Assembly: GCA_031409275.1 (NCBI GenBank)
Contig: JANNXA010000044.1
Span: forward strand, 32,001-96,000
Length of the DNA stretch: 64,000 nucleotides
Origin: Planctomycetota bacterium
GTDB lineage: Bacteria > Planctomycetota > B15-G4 > SIAN01
Direction of reading: 5' to 3'
Shown: piece after piece, positions 1 to 9,467 of the stretch
Layout of the letters: each line of letters starts with the position of its first letter
Numbering within the stretch: the stretch's first letter is position 1
Made by a program: the position numbers and the translations under genes
The notes under the pieces: generated by a model
What the model saw: only the letters and a program-made list of their open reading frames with translations
Database searches by the model: none
Told to the model about the DNA's origin: nothing

Positions 1-891
1 GTCGTGAAGACGGCGGCGGCGGCACTGACGCTGCGCATGCTCGGCCGGCCATGGAGCAGCGCGGCGGGCACCGGGCTCGCGCTGGCGCCGATCAGCGAGT
101 TCGCGTTCGTGCTCGCCTCCTCGGCGGGCGGAGTCGCGCTCTTCTCGCCGTCCACGCAAGCGTTGCTGGTGCCGCTCGCGGTGCTGTCGATGTTGCCGGC
201 ACCGCTGCAGGTCGCGTGGTCGATCCGTTTCGGCCATTGGTGGGGTCGTTGGCGCGGCGGCGCCGACCTGAAGCGGCGCGAGGTCCGGCGCGCGCGCCAG
301 GCGGCCGCAAGCCCACCGCCGCCCAACGAGGCACCGGCGCCGCTCGCCATCGTCGTCGGCTATGGCCCGGTCGGCCGCACGCTTTGTCGCATCCTGCTGC
401 GGTTGCGCGTGCGCGTCGTCGTGATCGACTTCAACAGCACGACCATCGAGCGCCTGAAGAAGCTCGATCGCGATGCCGTGTTCGGCGATGCCAGCCAGCG
501 CGATGTGTTGCGGGCGGCGAAGATCGACGTCGCCAAGTGGCTGGTGGTGACGCTGCCCGATCATCACAGTCGCACCGCCATCGTCGCCACGGCGCGTTCG
601 CTCAAGCCGCGGCTCAACATCCTGACGCGCGCGCGCTACCTCGACGAACGGGACGCGCTCGAACGCGTCGGCGCCGACTCGATCGCCTACGAGGAGGCAG
701 AGGTGGCCGTCGAGCTCGCTCACCTGCTGATGCGGCAGCTCGAGATCGCGCCGGCGCTGCTCGAGTCCGAGGTGCAGGCGATCCGGTCGGAGATCTCGGT
801 GCGGACCGGATTCACGTTGGTGTTGCCGGCGACCCAGAAAGTTGCAGCGCGTTTGCCGCCGTCGCCACCGCCGGACCCGCCGGCGAAATAA
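1..891 (+). CDS. Cation:proton antiporter (CPA2, KefC/YbaL-like), C-terminal part with TrkA-N (KTN) domain; 5'-partial
   Basis: LAPISEFAFVLA transmembrane motif followed by Rossmann IVVGYGPVG...VFGDA...ILTRARY; gene starts before the window. Confidence 0.85.
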   Translation, partial: VVKTAAAALTLRMLGRPWSSAAGTGLALAPISEFAFVLASSAGGVALFSPSTQALLVPLAVLSMLPAPLQVAWSIRFGHWWGRWRGGADLKRREVRRARQAAASPPPPNEAPAPLAIVVGYGPVGRTLCRILLRLRVRVVVIDFNSTTIERLKKLDRDAVFGDASQRDVLRAAKIDVAKWLVVTLPDHHSRTAIVATARSLKPRLNILTRARYLDERDALERVGADSIAYEEAEVAVELAHLLMRQLEIAPALLESEVQAIRSEISVRTGFTLVLPATQKVAARLPPSPPPDPPAK

Positions 892-973
892 GAGCGCCTG
901 ACAGAACGGGCGCGTCGCACCGAGATCGAGCGAGGCCGCCGGTCGAGCGCAGCGGACGTTCTGTTCGGCGCTC
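892..973. other. Long inverted repeat (17-bp stem, 48-nt loop); possible terminator or structured RNA
   Basis: gagcgcctgacagaacg (892-908) pairs with cgttctgttcggcgctc (957-973), with one mismatch and one G-U. Confidence 0.5.
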
Positions 974-1054
974 GAAGCTGTCACCGCGGCTGTCGACACT
1001 CACTACTTCGTGACAACCGCAAAGAGACGGGGGCTCTACCGAGAGGACACTCTC

Positions 1055-1489
1055 GTGACGACTCCCAATGTTCCAGAGTTCCTGCTGCTCGATGGGCGCC
1101 GCGTCGATCTCGCGGCGCGCCGCATCGACCCGTGGCCGCTGAACCTCCCTGACGCGCGGGCTGCGCCTGCTGGACGACTCACGCGAACGGAGGTGGCGAT
1201 CCTGCGCCTGCTCGCGTCGCATGCACCTTCGACGGTGTCCCGCGACGAGATGCTGCGCGTGCTGTGGAACCTCTCCGCACGCAGTTCGCGGACGCTCGAC
1301 ACCCACATCACGCGGCTGCGGCGCAAGCTGGAGGAGGACCCCGCGGCGCCGCGTTTCCTGCTGACCGTCTACCGGGTCGGCTACCGCCTCGAATGGCCGC
1401 GGGAGCTCCCCCAGGCCGACCACCTGCCGCGACCGGGGGCGAGCAACGGCTACTTCGGCCACTCCAACAGCGCGTCCGCGTCGCCGTAG
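1055..1489 (+). CDS. Stand-alone OmpR/PhoB-type winged-helix DNA-binding protein (no receiver domain)
   Basis: LTRTEVAILRLL...VSRDEML..LW...SRTLDTHITRLRRKLEEDP..PRFLLTVYRVGYR; GTG start at 1055 after GAGGA (ORF track starts at 1010). Confidence 0.8.
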   Translation: MTTPNVPEFLLLDGRRVDLAARRIDPWPLNLPDARAAPAGRLTRTEVAILRLLASHAPSTVSRDEMLRVLWNLSARSSRTLDTHITRLRRKLEEDPAAPRFLLTVYRVGYRLEWPRELPQADHLPRPGASNGYFGHSNSASASP

Positions 1490-1539
1490 TTTCCCTGCCG
1501 TGCGGGTCTCCACTCCCCCGCCGGCGGGAGCGAGACGCC

Positions 1540-2628
1540 ATGAACGTGAAGTTGACGAACGCCTTGGTGTTGATGGGACTGACGGCGCTGCCGATCGCAT
1601 CGCCGTGGATCGACGACGCGGCCACCGCCGCAAAGGGCGGCGACGTGGCCGCGCAGGTCCGCGCGCTTGGAAGCGACGACGCGGACACTCGCCAGGCGGC
1701 GTTCGACGCGCTCGAGAAGATGGGCGAAGCGGCGCGTCCAGCGCTGGAGCAGGCCAAGAAGAGCAGCGATGCCGAGACGCGCTTCAGTGCCGCGCTGCTG
1801 CTCGATCGACTTGACGGTCGCAGCGGCACGCGCGACCGCGCCATGGAATCGGTCGGCGGCGGCCGCGGGTGGCTGCGCGACGCGGAAGAGAACGACGACC
1901 GCGCCGACCCGGCGCAGGAGTCGAAGCCGCAGCGCGGCGTGGTCCGCCGCAGCCACCGCGCCTGGCCCGCTCCGTTCGACCCGACCGAGCTCGAACGGCA
2001 GATCGAACAGATGCACCAGGAGATGCTGCGCCGCCTGAACGACGTCCGCAACGGCGTGCGTCCTTCGAGCGAGCAGCACTCCGCGCGACAGTCGATGTCG
2101 ATGCGCATCGATGCCGATGGCCGTGTGGTCGCCGACGTGGAGCGTGACGGCAAGCGCGAGCACTACGAAGCGGACTCCGTTGATGCGCTGCGCGCCGAGC
2201 ACCCCGAGCTGTTCGAGAACTTCGGAGAGTTCTCGCTTCAGGACGCGCCGCCCATGCGCGGCGTCCCGCAGTGGCGCGGCGCAGCGCGCCGGCCGTTGCA
2301 GATCGAGACGCCGCGTGGCACCACCGATCGCGAGCCGCAGGATGCGACTCGCCCGCGGCTCGGCGTTCAGGTCGAGCCAGTTCCCGAGGCGGTCGTCGAC
2401 TACCTTGAACTCGAAGACGGGGTCGGCCTCCACGTGGTCGACGTGGTCGCTGGCAGCACCGCCGAGACGCTCGGGATCCGGCGCAACGATCTGCTGGTCG
2501 AGGTGAATGGGCGCACCATCCGCGGCATTGCCGACGTGCAGGCCGCGCTGGGCAAGGAGTCGGCGAAGAACACGGCGAAAGAGACCCATGTCACCGTGCT
2601 GCGCAAGGGAGTGAAGCTCGAGCTGTGA
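1540..2628 (+). CDS. Secreted HEAT-repeat and PDZ-domain protein
   Basis: Signal peptide MNVKLTNALVLMGL; HEAT-like LGSDDADTRQAAFDALEKMGEAARPAL; C-terminal PDZ RLGVQV...GLHVVDVVAGSTAETLGIRRNDLLVEVNG. Confidence 0.75.
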   Translation: MNVKLTNALVLMGLTALPIASPWIDDAATAAKGGDVAAQVRALGSDDADTRQAAFDALEKMGEAARPALEQAKKSSDAETRFSAALLLDRLDGRSGTRDRAMESVGGGRGWLRDAEENDDRADPAQESKPQRGVVRRSHRAWPAPFDPTELERQIEQMHQEMLRRLNDVRNGVRPSSEQHSARQSMSMRIDADGRVVADVERDGKREHYEADSVDALRAEHPELFENFGEFSLQDAPPMRGVPQWRGAARRPLQIETPRGTTDREPQDATRPRLGVQVEPVPEAVVDYLELEDGVGLHVVDVVAGSTAETLGIRRNDLLVEVNGRTIRGIADVQAALGKESAKNTAKETHVTVLRKGVKLEL

Positions 2629-2768
2629 GCCGGGTGCGCCGTCACCGCAAACTGCGCACGCCCCAGCCGACACTCACGGGATCAGGACGGTCGCTGCCAC
2701 TGCCCGGCGGCGACCGTCAGCTGCCATCACGCACGGGGAACGGGCCCGCCTGACGCCGTTCGCCCCCC

Positions 2769-2818
2769 ACGTCCGCGTCGCCGACACCCTGCGGCGGCGC
2801 GGACGTTCCTTTCTTCTT
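2769..2818 (+). terminator. Intrinsic terminator-like hairpin with pyrimidine tail
   Basis: acgtccgcgtcgccg / cggcggcgcggacgt stem followed by tcctttcttctt; a second 13-bp hairpin lies at 2686-2718. Confidence 0.6.
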
Positions 2819-2960
2819 CATCTGGCGGTGCGCACCTTCCTTTCCGTCCGCGCGCTTACTAAGACGCAGCGGCCTTCGCGTTCGACGCGACGCGCGCGAC
2901 CGCCTCCCGGTCGCTCATGTTGTTCGTGTTCTCCTGCTTCTTCCCGCGATATCGGAGCTG

Positions 2961-3671
2961 ATGGTGCACCAAGACACGTTGCTGGGGTTCGAGCGCGCGA
3001 TCGCCCTGGCCCTGATGAAAGTTCGCGAGCTCTACGCCGAGGGCGCGTTGCCGCCGGTGCTCGAAGCGCTGACCCTGATCGCGCCGCCGCGCGGCTTCGC
3101 AGCCAATGTGGAGCTGCGCCCCTACACCGACCACGCGCGCCAGGACGAGTGGCAGCGCGATCCCTCGTGGGATCCGCGCAACGGCGAGGTGCACCTCACC
3201 TTCGAATCGTCGCGCGACGACGGCAGCGCGCGCCCCAAGCAGGACGATCGCCCGCGACTCGAGCGCGCGCCGCAGGTCGAGCGCCATGACCACCGCGCCC
3301 CCGAAGTCGCGCCGCCCGATCCCGAGCAGGCGCTCCTCGACGTGATGGGCGTCGTCGCCCACGCCGAGGCCGATCCCGCCTTCAAGTTCCTCGCGCTCAA
3401 GTACCTCCGCGATCAGCTGCTGCCGCGCCAGGTCGCGTGGGGCTTCCTCCAGAACGAGGCGCAGATCCAGATCAACCGCGCCATCGACGCCGGCCTGCTG
3501 GTCACCGGCAAGGTCGAGAACCCGCGCATGCCGCAGTACCCGGTCACCGCAGTGGCGCTCAATCGCGAGCACCCGCAGGTGCAGGCGCTGCTGGCCTCGC
3601 TCGGTGGTGGCGCGGCGACCACGAACGCGGCGACGAAGGCCGCTCCCGAAACCGACGACGAGCCAAGCTGA
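2961..3671 (+). CDS. Hypothetical protein (C-terminal half possibly winged-helix-like)
   Basis: GGAG RBS before ATG, host-like codon usage, globular sequence (FLALKYLRDQLL...GKVENPRMPQYPVTAVALNREHP). Confidence 0.7.
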   Translation: MVHQDTLLGFERAIALALMKVRELYAEGALPPVLEALTLIAPPRGFAANVELRPYTDHARQDEWQRDPSWDPRNGEVHLTFESSRDDGSARPKQDDRPRLERAPQVERHDHRAPEVAPPDPEQALLDVMGVVAHAEADPAFKFLALKYLRDQLLPRQVAWGFLQNEAQIQINRAIDAGLLVTGKVENPRMPQYPVTAVALNREHPQVQALLASLGGGAATTNAATKAAPETDDEPS

Positions 3672-3797
3672 GGCGAGCTGAGGCCACCGCGCGGTCGCCC
3701 GTCAGCGGCAGGGCGCGGCACTTCGCAGCGGGTTTCGCCATTCCAAGGGTCGGCCAGCGCCATCCGCGCTCGCCCCCAAGGAATCGGAGGACCCGAC

Positions 3798-5552
3798 ATG
3801 ATCGTGAAGCACATGCTCGCCGGATTCGTGGCGACCGCGGCCCTCGCCGCCGGAGCGGCGGCCGCGGTCGAGAACTACCCGTACCAGTACGACGTCCTCG
3901 GCAACAGCCTCACCTTCCAGCCGATCGACGTCGCCGTCAGCGCGCCGATCGGCGTCAACGTCAACTGGCTGAACCACTACCTCTTCGTCGTCGACGGCGC
4001 GACGAACGAGTTGCAGCGCTTCACGCTCGACTCGACGGGGGATCTGGTGAGCCAGGTGCCCGCCGTCTGGTTCAGCGATCCAAGCGGCTCGACGCGCGTC
4101 ACGGCCGTCGCGCTCGACGACAACACCGCCTCGCCGACCTTCGGCTACGTCTACCTGGCGACTCAGGACCTCAACACGTCGCTCTGGACGCTGCGCACCT
4201 TCGACAGCTTCGGCACGCCCGGCATCTGGAGCCAGGACCTCATCGGCTGGCAGGACATCGTGGCGCTGGCCGTCGACAAGCACGGCGATGTCTACGTCGC
4301 CGACGCCGGACTCGGCCGCACGTTTCGCTACGCCGTCAACCAGTTTTCGACCTGGCTCAGCTTCCAGTTCATCGCCGCGAACGCGACCTTCATGCCCTAC
4401 AACCCGATCCCGGCCGACGTCACCGTCACCGAGAGCGACCTCGTCCTCGTCGCCGACCAGTCGGGGACGCTGATGGCTTCGAATCGCAACGGCACCGACT
4501 TCTTCAACCGCTCGCTCGGTGTGCCGCTGATCGGCTCGCTCAGCATCGACGCGCATGACGCGAGCGAGCGGTTGTGGGCGCTCGATCCGCCGGGCCCGGC
4601 GACCAGCTCGTTCGGCGACCGCTTCTTCTTCCCCTCGTGCTACGCCGGCAACGGTTTCGGCAACACGGTCGACGGCCAGACCGATCCGAGCGGCCCCGGC
4701 CTGCTCGGCGCTCCGGTCCGCGTCGAGTTCGCCCGCTTCTTCGACAAGCTCCCGACCGTCACCAATCCGCGTTGCAGCGAGCGCGTCTTCGTCGCCGACC
4801 CGAAGGGGAGCCGCGTCGTCTCCTTCCTCGTGCAGCAGGTCGCTCGCCAGCCGTCGCCGAAGCCCTCCGCGTGGTGGCGCTTCGACGAGCTCGGCGCGAC
4901 CGTGCTCGACTCGTCGGGCAACAGCAACACCGGCACGTTCGCGCCGTGGATCCCGGCCGCTCGCGAGGAGGGGATGGTCAAGAACGGTCTCGTGTTCAAC
5001 GACTTCGGGGACGGCGTCAAGGTACCGAGCTCGCCTTCGCTGAACGTCGGCATCGGCAGCTTCACGCTCGAATGCTGGGTGCGCACCTGCGACACGCGCG
5101 CGGTCCGTGACCTCGTCGACAAGCGCCTCATGTCGGGCCCGAACGCTCTGGCCGGTTACGCGCTCTACCTCTTCAACGGCTACCTCTCGTTCCAGATCGC
5201 CGCGAACGGGACCTGGTGGAACATCGGCACGGCGCCCATCGCGGCCGGCTTCGTCGCCGACGGCCTCTTCCACCACATCGCCGTCGTCGTCGATCGCGAC
5301 GCCTCGAGCCCGAACTTCAACAAGCTCCTCTTCCACGTCGACGGCGCGCTGGTGGGCCTGCCCGTCGCGATCCCGGCCACTGTGCTCGGCAACCTGAGCA
5401 ACAACCGGCCGCTGTTGATCGGGCGCCATCCGGTCTCGGGCGAGGCGCAGGCGCTGAAGGGCGAGCTCGACGAGATCACGCTCTTCAAGCAGGCGCTGTC
5501 GACGGTGCAGATCCAGAAGATCTTCGCGGACCGCGGCGCCGGAAAGCCGTGA
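3798..5552 (+). CDS. Secreted NHL/beta-propeller + LamG (concanavalin A-like) domain protein
   Basis: GGAGG RBS, signal peptide, LAVDKHGDVYVAD NHL-like repeats, LamG WWRFDE...SFTLECWV...FHHIAVV...LKGELDEITLF. Confidence 0.8.
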   Translation: MIVKHMLAGFVATAALAAGAAAAVENYPYQYDVLGNSLTFQPIDVAVSAPIGVNVNWLNHYLFVVDGATNELQRFTLDSTGDLVSQVPAVWFSDPSGSTRVTAVALDDNTASPTFGYVYLATQDLNTSLWTLRTFDSFGTPGIWSQDLIGWQDIVALAVDKHGDVYVADAGLGRTFRYAVNQFSTWLSFQFIAANATFMPYNPIPADVTVTESDLVLVADQSGTLMASNRNGTDFFNRSLGVPLIGSLSIDAHDASERLWALDPPGPATSSFGDRFFFPSCYAGNGFGNTVDGQTDPSGPGLLGAPVRVEFARFFDKLPTVTNPRCSERVFVADPKGSRVVSFLVQQVARQPSPKPSAWWRFDELGATVLDSSGNSNTGTFAPWIPAAREEGMVKNGLVFNDFGDGVKVPSSPSLNVGIGSFTLECWVRTCDTRAVRDLVDKRLMSGPNALAGYALYLFNGYLSFQIAANGTWWNIGTAPIAAGFVADGLFHHIAVVVDRDASSPNFNKLLFHVDGALVGLPVAIPATVLGNLSNNRPLLIGRHPVSGEAQALKGELDEITLFKQALSTVQIQKIFADRGAGKP

Positions 5553-5713
5553 GCGCCGCGCCCGCTGGATCGCACGCGCCGCCGCCCGCCGCGAGGAAGC
5601 TCCGGCGGGCGGCGGCGTTCCAGGCCGACGATTTGACACCGCACAAGAGGAGCACACTGCCGCGCGCGCCCCGCCCGCAGTAGCGTGCCCGCCGCGCTTC
5701 CCCCTCTCCGTTG

Positions 5714-8356
5714 ATGCGACTCGTGCTGTTCCTCTGGTGCGCCACCGCCTTCGTCCTGATCGCGCCGATCGCCGCGTTGATCCTCGCACGCGCGACGCGG
5801 TTGGAGCTGCGCGTCGAGCGTGAGCGGCTCCGGGCAGTGACCGCACGCCTCGCGAAGCTCGAGGCGGCCGCGGCGGCCCGCGACGCGCAATCGCCGTCGA
5901 CGCCAGCGCTGCCAGAGCCGACGCTGCTGCGACCTTCACCGCCACCGCCCTCGCTGCCGCCGACGGCGACGCCCATTTCGATCGCACCGGCCGCTGCCGC
6001 CGATCGGCCGCTGCCGCGCTCGCTGCCGAATCCGCGACGCCGGCCGCAGCGCGCCGACGGCGACCTCGAGTACACGATCGCCTCGCGCGGCTACGTCTGG
6101 GTGGGCGGCATCGCGCTGGCGCTCGCCGGTTCGTTCTTCGTCAAGTACGCGGTCGACCACTTCCACTTCGGCCCCGCGCGACGCTGCCAGCTCGCGACCC
6201 TGTTCGGCCTGGTGCTGATCGCCCTCGCGGAGCGCTTCCGCAAATCGTCGGCGAACATCGCGCAATCGCTGTCGGGCGCCGGCGTCGCGGTCCTCTATGC
6301 CGCGCTGTACGCATCGGTCAGCCACTACCAGTTGCTCTCGCCGCTGGTCGGGCTGCTGCTGCTCGCCGTGACGACCGGTGGCGCGGTGGCCTTGTCGTTC
6401 CGGCACGGGGTCGCAGTCGCGGTCCTCGGAATGGTCGGCGGCTATGCGATGCCCGCGCTGCTCGGACCCGACGCGCTGCCCGCCGAGTTGCGATTCGTCT
6501 ACTTCGCTGCGCTGCACGGCGGGCTCTGCATCACGTCGACGCGCCGACGACCGCACGCCGTCGGGATGATCTCCCTGGCGGCGACTGCACTGTGGACCGC
6601 CTTTGAGCTGCATCCGCTGCGCGGCGACTTCGCGGCCGACGCCTTCGCCCTCTTCGCCCTCGTCGTCGGGGCGACCTCGTGCGCGAGCGGGCTCGCGGCC
6701 GCCGAGCGCGACCCATCGCAGCGGCTCGCACCCATCCCGACCGAGACCTTCTTCGGCGCCGCCCTCGCCGCGCTCCTCATCAGCGCGGGGCTCGATCGCG
6801 CCCACTATCCGCCGCACCTGTGGTGGTCGGTTGCGGCGATCGGCGGCGGCGGGATGGTGCTCGCCCGGCTTCGCACCGAGGCGATGGCCCTCCCGTGGAT
6901 GACCGCCACGGCGGGCGCCATCTCGTTGGCGATGTTCGCGCTGGCGCGAAGCGGGAACGCTGCCGTCAGCTGGATCGCCAGCGGCGGAGCGCTGCTCTAC
7001 GGGGTCGGCGGCTCGCTGGCTTCGTTCGGCGCGCGCCGACCGGCCTCGCTCGCGTGGGTCGCGGCGATCGCGCCGGCAGCGCTGCTCGGCATCGCGTGGT
7101 GGACTCGAGCGCCGGCACCGGCGTGGATGCCGTGGTGGACCGTGGCGCTCCTCTTCGGCGGGATGCACGCCGCGTTCGCGCACGCCCGGCTCCGCCGCCG
7201 CACGGAACCGACCGCGCGGGAAGCCGCGGTGCCGCACGTCGTCGCCGCGGCCGCGGCGATCGGCGCAGCGGTCGCGATGGCGTTCGACGACGAGCCGGTC
7301 GCCGTCGCCTTCGCGCTGCTCGCGCCACTCCTCGTCGCCGCGGCCCGTCGCCTCGATCTCGCGGAGCTGCGCGATGTCGCGGCCGTCGCGGCAGCGATCG
7401 GTTTCCTGCGCACGCTGCTGTGGGACAACCCGGCGGCGCGGCTGCTTCGCGGCGATCCTCCGCACTGGCCGTGGCTCGCGGCGACGGTTGGCGTCCCGAT
7501 CGCGGCCTTCGTCGCGGCGGCCTACCTGCTCCGCGTCGATGAGGCGCGCCACCCGAAGCGGCGCTACGTCCTCGCCGCCTCGCGCCTCGCCGTGCTGTTG
7601 GTCGGCCTCGCGTGCCGCTACGGCTGCGACCACAGGAACCTGTCGACGTTCGACGCGATCGAGGCCGGCCTGCTCGTCTCAGCGTGGCTCGTGCTGGCGA
7701 TCGGGTTCGCGGAATTCGTGCGGCGCGCGCCGGCGCTGATGCCGCGGATCGCGGGTCTGGGAACCGCCGCTCTTGCCGTCGGGGCGCTGCTCTTCGCTCA
7801 TCAGGCGGGCGCGAGTCCGTTCGATCGGCACGCCGGACTCGGCGAGACGCCGCTCGCCAATCCGTTGCTGCTCCTCTACGCGCTGCCGGCCGCGCTGCTG
7901 TGGGTCCTGGCGCATCGTTGGCGAAAGTCGGGCCAGTCGGACGCTGCGGCTGCGGCCGCCGGCGTCGCGATGCTCGTCGGGTGGTGGTGGGCGACCGTCG
8001 CGACGCGTCACGCCTTCGTCGGCGCACCGCTCGGCAGTGACTTCCCCGCCGGGCGCGAGCTCTACGCCTACTCGGCGGTGTGGATCGTCTACGCGGTGCT
8101 GCTGCTCGTCGCCGCCATCCGGACGCGGAGCCGCGCCGTGCGCGCCGCCTCGGCGATCGTCATGTTCGCCGCGGTCCTGAAGGTCTTCCTCGTCGATGCC
8201 GCCGGTCTGCGCGACCTGTGGCGCGTCGCCTCGTTCCTCGGACTCGGGATCGTGCTGATCGTGCTGGCGCGCGTCTATCAGCGGCTCGACTTCGGGCGTC
8301 CGATGCAGCCGCCTGCGCCACCAACGGACGGAGCGACGGCGCCGAAGCCACCGTGA
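5714..8356 (+). CDS. DUF2339-family multi-pass membrane protein
   Basis: LEYTIASRGYVWVGGIALALAGSFFVKY near the N-terminus; YAYSAVW...KVFLVDAAGLRDLWRVASFLGLG at the C-terminus. Confidence 0.85.
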   Translation: MRLVLFLWCATAFVLIAPIAALILARATRLELRVERERLRAVTARLAKLEAAAAARDAQSPSTPALPEPTLLRPSPPPPSLPPTATPISIAPAAAADRPLPRSLPNPRRRPQRADGDLEYTIASRGYVWVGGIALALAGSFFVKYAVDHFHFGPARRCQLATLFGLVLIALAERFRKSSANIAQSLSGAGVAVLYAALYASVSHYQLLSPLVGLLLLAVTTGGAVALSFRHGVAVAVLGMVGGYAMPALLGPDALPAELRFVYFAALHGGLCITSTRRRPHAVGMISLAATALWTAFELHPLRGDFAADAFALFALVVGATSCASGLAAAERDPSQRLAPIPTETFFGAALAALLISAGLDRAHYPPHLWWSVAAIGGGGMVLARLRTEAMALPWMTATAGAISLAMFALARSGNAAVSWIASGGALLYGVGGSLASFGARRPASLAWVAAIAPAALLGIAWWTRAPAPAWMPWWTVALLFGGMHAAFAHARLRRRTEPTAREAAVPHVVAAAAAIGAAVAMAFDDEPVAVAFALLAPLLVAAARRLDLAELRDVAAVAAAIGFLRTLLWDNPAARLLRGDPPHWPWLAATVGVPIAAFVAAAYLLRVDEARHPKRRYVLAASRLAVLLVGLACRYGCDHRNLSTFDAIEAGLLVSAWLVLAIGFAEFVRRAPALMPRIAGLGTAALAVGALLFAHQAGASPFDRHAGLGETPLANPLLLLYALPAALLWVLAHRWRKSGQSDAAAAAAGVAMLVGWWWATVATRHAFVGAPLGSDFPAGRELYAYSAVWIVYAVLLLVAAIRTRSRAVRAASAIVMFAAVLKVFLVDAAGLRDLWRVASFLGLGIVLIVLARVYQRLDFGRPMQPPAPPTDGATAPKPP

Positions 8357-8394
8357 AGTCGGGCGAGCACGCCGACGGCGACGCGACGCGACGC

Positions 8395-9342
8395 TCAGCG
8401 CGTTCGCGCGGCGAGGCGGCCGACCTCGGCCAGCACTTCCTGGTCGGCGTCGCTCGGCCAGTCGCCGATGACGCCGGTGTCGTAGTAGACGGTGACGACC
8501 CACGGCGCGCGACCCGGCGGCTTGATCCAGACCACGTCGTTGCACTTGACGGTCACGTCGTCGCCGCCGCCCGTGCCGGTCTTGTCACCGGCGACCCACT
8601 CGCTCGGCAGTCCCCGGCGCACACGGTCGGCGCCGGTCGTCGTCGCGATCATCCACTCGCGCAGCGTCTGCCGCGCCGCGGGCGCAAGCGCGCCGCCGAG
8701 CAGCCGCGCGACCAACTGCGCCATCGCGCGCGGGGTCGTCGTGTCGCGCACGTCGCCCGCGCGGACGTCGTTCATCTCCGGCTCGTAGCGGTCGAGCCGC
8801 GTGGTCGCGTCGCCATGCGCACGGCAAAAGGCGATGAACGCTGGAGGTCCGCCAACGTCGCGCAGCAGCAGATTGGCGGCGCCGTTGTCGCTGGTCGTCT
8901 GCGCTGCCTCGGCCAGCTCGGCGAGCGTCAACTCCGCCGCCGATTCGCCGCGCGCGGCGGCCGCATCGACGGCGGCTTGCGTGACCGGCGAATGCCCCAC
9001 CAGGTCGGCGGGTCCGACGCGCAGCCGCGTCTCGAGCGGCCGGCCACCGAGCGCTGCGCGGTCGAGGACCATCGCCGCTAGCACGAGTTTGAACGTCGAG
9101 CACATCGAGAAGCGCTCGTCGAGGCGATGGCCGCGAAGCGTGCCGTCGCCGGTGTCGAGCAGCGCGACCCCGAGCCGGCCGCCGCCTTCGAGTCGAGCGA
9201 GCGCGCGCTCGAGGTCGGTCGCGCTCGCGCCGTTCCGGTCGCTCGTGCCGATCGGATCGCTCTCGAAGGCGCGACAGCTCGCCAGTGCGGCCCCGGCCAG
9301 GAAGAGCAGGAAGTTGCGGCGGTCGACGTTCGCGCGGTTCAT
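8395..9342 (-). CDS. bla: Class A serine beta-lactamase, Tat-type lipoprotein signal
   Basis: RRNFL...LASC signal; STFK (SxxK), SDN, EPEMN (E166) and KTG motifs all intact. Confidence 0.9.
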   Translation of the reverse strand: MNRANVDRRNFLLFLAGAALASCRAFESDPIGTSDRNGASATDLERALARLEGGGRLGVALLDTGDGTLRGHRLDERFSMCSTFKLVLAAMVLDRAALGGRPLETRLRVGPADLVGHSPVTQAAVDAAAARGESAAELTLAELAEAAQTTSDNGAANLLLRDVGGPPAFIAFCRAHGDATTRLDRYEPEMNDVRAGDVRDTTTPRAMAQLVARLLGGALAPAARQTLREWMIATTTGADRVRRGLPSEWVAGDKTGTGGGDDVTVKCNDVVWIKPPGRAPWVVTVYYDTGVIGDWPSDADQEVLAEVGRLAARTR

Positions 9343-9467
9343 CGCGGCGAACGCTACGGCCGCCGCGCGTGCGTGTCGAGCGGCGGCGACGCGTGGAACA
9401 GGCGCGGCGCATCGCTCATGATCGCGTGCGAGTTCGACGAACCGTTCTTCGACGAGGCGAGCAGACG

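Noticed and set aside
978..996. ctgtcac / ctgtcga pair resembling a Pho box upstream of the wHTH gene
   Set aside because: Period is 12 bp rather than 11 and the spacer is GC-rich; too weak to call
8395..9342. Beta-lactamase as a KPC/SME-type carbapenemase
   Set aside because: Cys69 is present but the residue at the 238-equivalent position after KTG is Gly, so the diagnostic disulfide is not evident
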